Shown here in pieces: positions 57,408 to 64,000 of a stretch of 64,000 bases of DNA. Positions within the stretch are counted from its first letter, which is position 1, and each line of letters starts with the position of its first letter. The notes under the pieces are model-generated. The model had not been told where the DNA came from. It did not search any database and saw only the letters and a list, made by a program, of their open reading frames with translations. Position numbers and translations under genes: made by a program. The stretch comes from Candidatus Bathyarchaeia archaeon. Its GTDB lineage: Archaea > Thermoproteota > Bathyarchaeia > 40CM-2-53-6. The DNA is taken from NCBI GenBank assembly GCA_050013255.1, contig JBEKFP010000003.1:128001-192000 (forward strand), read 5' to 3'.

Positions 57408-58778
57408 TTGCCAATTTTGCCGATAGATTCCGGCCGGTACGGATCTCCGGAGATTCGCAGGGTGTTTGAAGATGAGGCGCGGTTTCAGAAGATGCTTGAC
57501 GTTGAAGCAGCTTTGGCTTGGGCAAGAGGGCAGGTGGGGGATATCCCCCGCGAGGCAGCTGAGGAAATTGAAGGTCACGCAACGACTCGGCACGTCAAAT
57601 TAGAGAGGGTTCGCGAGATCGAGAAAGTTGTCGACCATGAGACCATGGCCCTTGTCGAAGTCCTTTCGGAAGTCTCGGGGAAGGGCGGAGCATTCGTGCA
57701 CCTCGGTGCAACGTCTTCGGACATTCTCGATACTGGATTGGCGTTGCAGATGCGAGAGGGCTTGGACATAGTCGCAGCGAAGCTGGACAAGCTTGAGGAA
57801 GCTCTCCTAGGCCTTTCGAAGAAGTACCGGGACACAATGGTGATTGGCCGAACTCATGCTCAACATGCGTTGCCCATGACTCTGGGGCTCAAGTTCGCCG
57901 TCTGGTTACGCGAAGTCGGCAGGCACATCGAACGCCTCAACCAGTGCAGGGAGCGTGTGCTCGTCGGCAAGTTGAGCGGCGCCGTCGGAACAATGGCTGG
58001 GTTTGGAAAGAACGCTCGCAAGATTCAGGACCTCGCTATGAAACGCCTCGGGCTTCGAATTGCCGACGTGACCAGTCAGATCGTTCAGCGTGATAGGTAC
58101 GCGGAAATGGTCTGTGTTTTTGCAATGATTGCTAGTTCCTTGGACAAGTTTGCGGTCGAAATTAGGAATTTGCAGAGGCCCGAGATAGATGAATTAGGCG
58201 AATCGTTTGATGTTGACAAGCAGGTTGGAAGTTCCACAATGCCCCAGAAAAGGAATCCTTGGAGAAGTGAAAATGTTTCCAGCCTCGCAAAGATAGAGCG
58301 AAGCCTTGTGGCTCCCGCGTTGGAAGGGATTGTGACGTGGCACGAACGTGATCTCTCGCAATCGGCTTCGGAGCGTTTTGTGATCCCGGAATCCTTCATA
58401 TTGATTGATCACATGCTGAATTCGATGGTTCGAATTCTAGGCGGCTTAAGAGTTAACGAGAGGCGCATGTTAGAAAATTTGGAGAAATTCAAAGACCCGA
58501 TGATGTCAGAGGCCGTTATGATTGCGCTCGTAAACAAGGGCATGCCGCGGCAGGAAGCTCATAAACTGCTGCAGCAACTAGTGTTCCATAGCCAAGAAAA
58601 GAACAAACGCTTCAGTGAAGTCCTGGAGGACGACACAAGAATAACGAAGTATCTGAGAAAGGATGATATCCACTCGGCTTTGAACCCGAAATCATACTTA
58701 GGATTCTCAAGCGAGCTTGTGAACGCGGCCGTCGAAAAAACGGTGACCGAACGTAAAGCACGCGGGGTCGCAACCTAA
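57408..58778 (+). CDS. purB: Adenylosuccinate lyase
   Basis: PID.GRYG, HLGATSSD, GRTH, GSSTMPQKRNP. Confidence 0.95.
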   Translation: MPILPIDSGRYGSPEIRRVFEDEARFQKMLDVEAALAWARGQVGDIPREAAEEIEGHATTRHVKLERVREIEKVVDHETMALVEVLSEVSGKGGAFVHLGATSSDILDTGLALQMREGLDIVAAKLDKLEEALLGLSKKYRDTMVIGRTHAQHALPMTLGLKFAVWLREVGRHIERLNQCRERVLVGKLSGAVGTMAGFGKNARKIQDLAMKRLGLRIADVTSQIVQRDRYAEMVCVFAMIASSLDKFAVEIRNLQRPEIDELGESFDVDKQVGSSTMPQKRNPWRSENVSSLAKIERSLVAPALEGIVTWHERDLSQSASERFVIPESFILIDHMLNSMVRILGGLRVNERRMLENLEKFKDPMMSEAVMIALVNKGMPRQEAHKLLQQLVFHSQEKNKRFSEVLEDDTRITKYLRKDDIHSALNPKSYLGFSSELVNAAVEKTVTERKARGVAT

Positions 58779-61036
58779 AGGTTTTCGTCCTCCCGGTAAT
58801 CGGTCAGAAGGCTCTGCTCCGTTGTCTCAACCGTCTTAGATTTCAACGTCTCCCACTCTTCCGCCTTAATGAGGCCGCCCACTTGCTCTTTGATCTTCTT
58901 CGCCAGCGATGGTCCGATTAATGGAACGTTCATCAGGTCTGTCACGGAGGCGTGCTTTAGGTCGTCAAGGTTTCTGTACCCAGCATTGAACAATGAGCGC
59001 GCCCTTACGCGTCCTACACCGTCGAGTTCAACCAGCGGAACAAGTTCAGACTTAACCCCCTTAGCGCATCGAATCTGTAGCTCGTACGTTGCGGCCAGAA
59101 GGTCCTTGTGCCCGAATAACTCAGCCAACTGATAAGTCGCATGCAAAAGCCACTTGGAAGTGTCCACCATCCTCAACATGTCGCCCGGTTCAACCTTGTG
59201 GACTTCAAGTATTCCGTCCTCGCTGGTTTCATTGATCCATTCATACATGACCCTCGCGCACTTGATCTCCGCCAAGAATTCTTCATACGTCACACCGTTC
59301 GTATCGCCGAAGAACTCAGGCGTTTCACACATGAATTCGTCTTCATGCTCCTTCGCGAAAAGGTCGAGCATTTCATCTTCCCCGCGTCGCGGGTAGAGCT
59401 TAGGAGATATGTCTGGCGTTCGTGATATCAGATGCAAGAAGCTGACCTCAGTCACGTGTTTGGCGCGGGTATACAATCCGTCACGGAGCACCACCGCTGA
59501 CACTGGGTCTATGTACAGTTCTGAGACTCGCCGGCCGAACTTCGTGGCCTTCAAATCTTCGCCCTCGAATTCAACCATCTGCTCCCTATGAAGGAAAGAA
59601 AGTATGTCGCCGAGTTTTCCCTTAATCATCTTAGGGTCGTATTGGAAAGCATAGAAGGTCTTCGCGAAAAATCTAGTTAATCCATCCTCAGTGTTGGCGA
59701 AATGCGTGGCGATGGTAGCCAAGACGTGAGGTCTGAGAACTTTCTCAGCCCCCAGCTTCGACCAGATTCTTTCAGGTTCTGCGAGGGCGTAGTTCTTCAG
59801 GAGGTAGTCCTGTTCATCTTCTGTTTTGGCAATGAGAATAGCCTCACCATACTTGTCGTACTTCGGCCTACCCGCCCGGCCACAAAACTGCTTATACTCC
59901 AAGACCGAAATTGGGTAACGCCCGTACCCAGCTTCATACCTTTCGTAGCTGCTTATGATCACCGTTCTCGCGGGTAGGTTTACTCCCGCAGCCAATGTCG
60001 GGGTTGCCGAGAGAATTTTCAGCCGGCCAGCCTTGAACGCATCCTCAATAAGCTTACGATGGGCACCCGGCAAACCTGCGTGGTGGAAGGCCACGCCATT
60101 CAGCGCTTGTTCCGCCAAAACGTCCCCTAGACGTGTCCTTTCGCCGGTGGCGAGAATTCTTTGGGCAAGGTTTTCCAGACCCCTATGGTCCGGCCTAGGC
60201 ATGTGCCTTCTGAGAAGTGCCGCAGCTTTCTTACCCATTTCCACAGCTGAGCGCCGGGTTTCAGCGAAGATTAGAACTTGACCGCCGTCCCGCACTACTT
60301 CAAGCGCTGTGTCAAAAATCGGATTCATGTCAGTGTGTGGGATGAAGCGCGAGGACCCATCCTTGAATTGAATTTGGCCATCACAATAGACGCCTTCCCT
60401 GAGTGGGACGGGCCGCCACTCCGTAGTAATCGGGATGCCTTTGAGCCACTCACCAATCTCCGTTGCGTTCTTGATGGTCGCGCTCAAAGCTATGATTTGG
60501 ATTTGTGGGTTGAGTTTGAGTAACCGGGTTATTACGACCTCAAGGGTCGGGCCCCTGTCGGCTTCAGTGATGAGGTGAATTTCATCGGCGACAACTACCG
60601 ATACGTCCGCAATCCAGGGTGAGCGGTGTCTTAGGAGTGAATCGGCTTTCTCGTTTGTACAAATGATGACGTCGTAGTTGGCGAGGTATATGTCAGAGCT
60701 ATCGTAGTCCCCGCTAGTAACGGCTACTCTTACCTTTCGGCCTGGTGCTTTTTCAACGGATGTATACTTTTGGAAGTCTTCGTACTTCTCACTCGCCAGC
60801 GCTCGCAACGGTGTGAGGTATAGGGCTTTTCCGCCCTTCTCCACTATCGACTTGAGAACTACCATTTCTGCGACAAGCGTCTTTCCAGAGGCCGTTGGGC
60901 TTGCCAGAACGATGTTCTTGCCCTTCAATGCCCCAGCTTTGATAGCATCCTCTTGGGGAGGGTACAGTATGTCGTAGCCGGCCTTAGCCAGGACGGCCTT
61001 AACAGAGTCTGGGATGGCTAGTTCGTCAACCCGCAA
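58775..61036 (-). CDS. hel308: Hel308/Hjm Ski2-like DNA helicase
   Basis: PTASGKT, DEIH, SAT, GRAGRP; C-terminal HhH. Confidence 0.93.
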   Translation of the reverse strand: MRVDELAIPDSVKAVLAKAGYDILYPPQEDAIKAGALKGKNIVLASPTASGKTLVAEMVVLKSIVEKGGKALYLTPLRALASEKYEDFQKYTSVEKAPGRKVRVAVTSGDYDSSDIYLANYDVIICTNEKADSLLRHRSPWIADVSVVVADEIHLITEADRGPTLEVVITRLLKLNPQIQIIALSATIKNATEIGEWLKGIPITTEWRPVPLREGVYCDGQIQFKDGSSRFIPHTDMNPIFDTALEVVRDGGQVLIFAETRRSAVEMGKKAAALLRRHMPRPDHRGLENLAQRILATGERTRLGDVLAEQALNGVAFHHAGLPGAHRKLIEDAFKAGRLKILSATPTLAAGVNLPARTVIISSYERYEAGYGRYPISVLEYKQFCGRAGRPKYDKYGEAILIAKTEDEQDYLLKNYALAEPERIWSKLGAEKVLRPHVLATIATHFANTEDGLTRFFAKTFYAFQYDPKMIKGKLGDILSFLHREQMVEFEGEDLKATKFGRRVSELYIDPVSAVVLRDGLYTRAKHVTEVSFLHLISRTPDISPKLYPRRGEDEMLDLFAKEHEDEFMCETPEFFGDTNGVTYEEFLAEIKCARVMYEWINETSEDGILEVHKVEPGDMLRMVDTSKWLLHATYQLAELFGHKDLLAATYELQIRCAKGVKSELVPLVELDGVGRVRARSLFNAGYRNLDDLKHASVTDLMNVPLIGPSLAKKIKEQVGGLIKAEEWETLKSKTVETTEQSLLTDYREDENL

Positions 61037-61052
61037 TGCAGGGAGGCCTCTG

Positions 61053-63095
61053 TCAAGCAGCTGTTCGCTTCAAGTGGCCAGGTTTGGGCGAGTAAAGTAT
61101 TCCTTCCTTGACTAATTGATCGACCAGCCTTCTTGCGTCTTCGTCTGTTACGTCAACCTTCCGCGAAAGTGCCTGGTACAGCGTCGAGTCTTCGACGATT
61201 CCCAACTGCTTCTCCAAATCAGCGAAGGTGCTCAGGACCACCTGCATCTTATCTCTCAAGCTCTTTGGCTTGCCCGTCATTATGACATCAATGTCCATCT
61301 TCCCAGTAGTCGTGTCGATGCCCACATCCTGCAGTGATAGGGTCATCAGCCGAATTATACTGCGGGCGTCCTCAGCTTCAACACGGTCACGCAAAAAGCT
61401 CCTAGCCCTTGCTTCAGCCAACCTAACTAACGCTTCGAGCTGTCTAGGTGTTATGACAAGGGGTGATTCTGTTGAGCCCGACATTGAACGCATCTTAAGG
61501 TAATACTGCCTAATCTCATTTACAGCCTCTTCAGACAGGACTGGTTCGACGCGCTTGGCGTACGCAATATACTTGCGTAGGAGGTCCGGAAGGAGTGGTG
61601 GTTCCTCCGGAGTAGTCTTCAGCCTGTGAAGGGTTAGTATGTGTTCCGACATTCTTCTGTCCGAGTCGGGTTCTGGAACATCTTTCATAATGAAGAGTAG
61701 GTCGAAACGGGTCAGTAACGTTACGGGTAGGCTAATGTTATCCGTGATGTTCCGGTATGGGTCATATCTCCCCAAACTTGGGTTGGCAGCCGCGAGGACG
61801 GCGGCCCTGGCGTTCAGGGTTGCAACGATCCCTCCCTTGGCTACGCTGACCGTGTGCTGCTCAAGCACTTCGTGTATCGCCACTCGATCTTCTGGGCGCA
61901 TCTTGTCGATTTCGTCGATGCAAGCGACCCCTTTATCGGCCAGAACCAGGGCGCCAGCTTCTAGCACCATTCCTCCCGATTTTTCGCGGACTACCGCGGC
62001 GGTTAAGCCTGCGGCTGTTGTGCCGCGGCCGCTTGTGTATAGCCCTCGGGGTGCGATTCTTGCAACGTATTGTAGCAACTGACTTTTCGCCACTCCCGGG
62101 TCTCCCACGAGGAGAACGTTGATCTCGCTTCGTATCGATACACCATCAGGGAGTCGTTTGGGCACTCCCCCAAAGAGGAGGTACAGGACGGCCTCTTTGA
62201 TATCCCCGTAACCGTAAATGGAAGGGGCTAATGAGGCGATTAGCTTACGGTGGATGAACGGGTCTTTTGCCAGTTCCCTTATCAGCCTCTCATCCTCAGG
62301 CGTTATTTCTACAACCGCAACTTCCTTCCCCATGATGTCAACATAGTTAGCGTCGAGCAGAAGCTCGAATGTTCGGAGCCTCGCCTTTCGGCCAGCGAAC
62401 TCTTGCTGCGCCCGCGCAATACCTATTATTGATACGCGGTCGCCAGGGCGGGCGATGTCGACTAGGTCCTCCGAAAGTTTGATGTCAACTGCCCTCGGTA
62501 GCTGGCCGGGGGGAAGGTCTTCAGGCCTCTCCTGAATGCGGATTTCCTGAGAGTTCATGAAGGTCGACATTTTCTCCATGAATTCAAAAATCTTCGAGCG
62601 ACAATGGGCGCAGACTCCGGGCCCGCGCATCAATGTTCCTGCCTGTTCGACATAGCTCATGGCGTTGCACTTACGGCATTGGAAGGCTGCTTTGAGGAGC
62701 AAAGGTTTGACGGATGTTGATCGGACGATTATGCCATCGATCGATAGCAACCGGCCAATGTTTTCCGAGCCGATCTTACGTAGGGAATGTTTCTCCGGCA
62801 GTTTTCTAAAGCGAACACGAAGACGTTTTATGATCTCAGCGTATTCAGGGTCTTCGATCTTGAGTTGCGCCCAGGCGCTTCGGTCTAAGTATTCTAAGTA
62901 CTCGTCGGGTTTATCGAGAATGGAGCGGGCGAGGTCTGCATCGTGGGCTATGAGGTCTTCAAAATCAACAATGATTGATCTAAAGCCGGAGAGGGCTACG
63001 TGGCCTAGGCGCTTTCTGTATTTGTACTCCTCGTCAGCCATGAAAGTCCTGAGGAAGTCTTGGAAACGTTCCTCGGGGTTTTCGAGTGTGGTCAA
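61053..63095 (-). CDS. mcm: MCM replicative helicase
   Basis: GDPGVAKS, IDEIDKM, TRFD; Zn motif; no intein. Confidence 0.97.
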   Translation of the reverse strand: MTTLENPEERFQDFLRTFMADEEYKYRKRLGHVALSGFRSIIVDFEDLIAHDADLARSILDKPDEYLEYLDRSAWAQLKIEDPEYAEIIKRLRVRFRKLPEKHSLRKIGSENIGRLLSIDGIIVRSTSVKPLLLKAAFQCRKCNAMSYVEQAGTLMRGPGVCAHCRSKIFEFMEKMSTFMNSQEIRIQERPEDLPPGQLPRAVDIKLSEDLVDIARPGDRVSIIGIARAQQEFAGRKARLRTFELLLDANYVDIMGKEVAVVEITPEDERLIRELAKDPFIHRKLIASLAPSIYGYGDIKEAVLYLLFGGVPKRLPDGVSIRSEINVLLVGDPGVAKSQLLQYVARIAPRGLYTSGRGTTAAGLTAAVVREKSGGMVLEAGALVLADKGVACIDEIDKMRPEDRVAIHEVLEQHTVSVAKGGIVATLNARAAVLAAANPSLGRYDPYRNITDNISLPVTLLTRFDLLFIMKDVPEPDSDRRMSEHILTLHRLKTTPEEPPLLPDLLRKYIAYAKRVEPVLSEEAVNEIRQYYLKMRSMSGSTESPLVITPRQLEALVRLAEARARSFLRDRVEAEDARSIIRLMTLSLQDVGIDTTTGKMDIDVIMTGKPKSLRDKMQVVLSTFADLEKQLGIVEDSTLYQALSRKVDVTDEDARRLVDQLVKEGILYSPKPGHLKRTAA

Positions 63096-63652
63096 GCCTT
63101 CAATTCCTGTCCAAGAAGTTTAGATTTCCAATTCTCAATGGTTTTGTTCAGAGTAGAATAGAGAACCCGTTCTTCGTACGTCAAACCCTGAATGACTTCC
63201 TCTGAGGGTGTCGGGGAGGCCGCAATGGAAACTATCTTTCGAAGCCTGCAATTGACGATGTCGCGTACCAAGCTTTCACTTCTTTCAAGTTCCCGAAGCT
63301 TTACTTGGTCTTGTTTGCTCGTCTGATGGAGTTCAGCTAAGTGCCGCCTGAGTAGGCAGTAGAAGTTTGCCTGCAGTGCTGGCAATTGCCTTGACGCTGG
63401 AATGGTCTCCCTCCAGTGAATTTTCGACAACGAATTATAGGTGAGAACATCCTCCTCTCTGAATCTTGCGTATCCTAATTGGACGAGTTCCTTCGCGGTC
63501 CAATATGGAACTACAACTTCTTGCCCAACTTTCGCGGAGGACAGTTTCGCCATCCTGGGTGTTTCGGGCAACTCCCGGGTCACAACTACCCGGAACTGAG
63601 AGTTTTCAAAATCAAAGTCAACGTCGTCGACTGACATCAAGGCTTCTGCCAA
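63092..63652 (-). CDS. gins23: GINS complex subunit (GINS23-like)
   Basis: VP.W.A..L, R..KI, LT.EE; directly upstream of mcm. Confidence 0.8.
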   Translation of the reverse strand: MAEALMSVDDVDFDFENSQFRVVVTRELPETPRMAKLSSAKVGQEVVVPYWTAKELVQLGYARFREEDVLTYNSLSKIHWRETIPASRQLPALQANFYCLLRRHLAELHQTSKQDQVKLRELERSESLVRDIVNCRLRKIVSIAASPTPSEEVIQGLTYEERVLYSTLNKTIENWKSKLLGQELKA

Positions 63653-63899
63653 GAATGAACCACCAAACCAATAACCCGCCCTTTTCCAAGTTAAATGCTT
63701 AACTCGAATTCTTTTTGCTATTCAGTCGAGATTTCCATTGGAGCGACAAACGCGATGGGAGAGGAGGCTGAAAGTGTAATGGACGTTTTCACATGCAGCC
63801 TAAGCACGCCTTCCGGAGTGGGCCAAGGCTTTTGAAGGTGGGTTGTAAACTTTAGTTGCACTGGAAATCGAACGTGTGATTGAACGCGGTGGAGAAACA

Positions 63900-64000
63900 T
63901 TGAGCCAAGGGGATGTCATGTGGATCGAAAAGTATAGACCCAAGTCTCTCGACGAGGTCTTCAACCAAAAGGAAACGGTAGAAGGAATCAGAGCGTTACT
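63900..64000 (+). CDS. rfcS: Replication factor C small subunit, 5' end only
   Basis: MWIEKYRPKSLDEV.NQ. Confidence 0.85.
   Translation, partial: MSQGDVMWIEKYRPKSLDEVFNQKETVEGIRAL

Noticed and set aside
63653-63899. Replication origin between gins and rfcS
   Set aside because: No ORB repeats or AT-rich unwinding element seen, and no cdc6/orc1 in the window.

Overview
Archaeal DNA. The GINS23-MCM-Hel308 cluster, divergent RFC, frequent TTG starts and many zinc-ribbon membrane proteins suggest TACK, probably Bathyarchaeia (inference). Positions ~800-10,200 form an accessory island punctuated by seven, plus one partial, same-strand repeats that look like tRNA 3' ends (T-arm, acceptor strand, often CCA). 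No complete tRNA gene is visible in the window. The repeats delimit 0.1-3.2 kb segments carrying mostly surface or membrane genes. Only one segment has a tyrosine integrase, and it appears split SSV-style across a 61-bp direct repeat. This integron-like tRNA-fragment cassette array is the best candidate for a new system. It is followed by a RelE-type TA pair and an EVE pseudogene. The rest of the window holds a DnaJ/surface-protein operon, CoxLMSG-like molybdoenzyme genes, a tyrosine phenol-lyase-like gene, ABC and ECF transporters, a DoxD/Rieske/C2H2-zinc-finger cluster, HtrA, a casposase-like relic, an amino-acid ABC plus aconitase X operon with apparent CTG/ATA starts, and core genes (purB, hel308, mcm, gins, rfc). 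All family calls are from motif recognition by eye; no searches were run.
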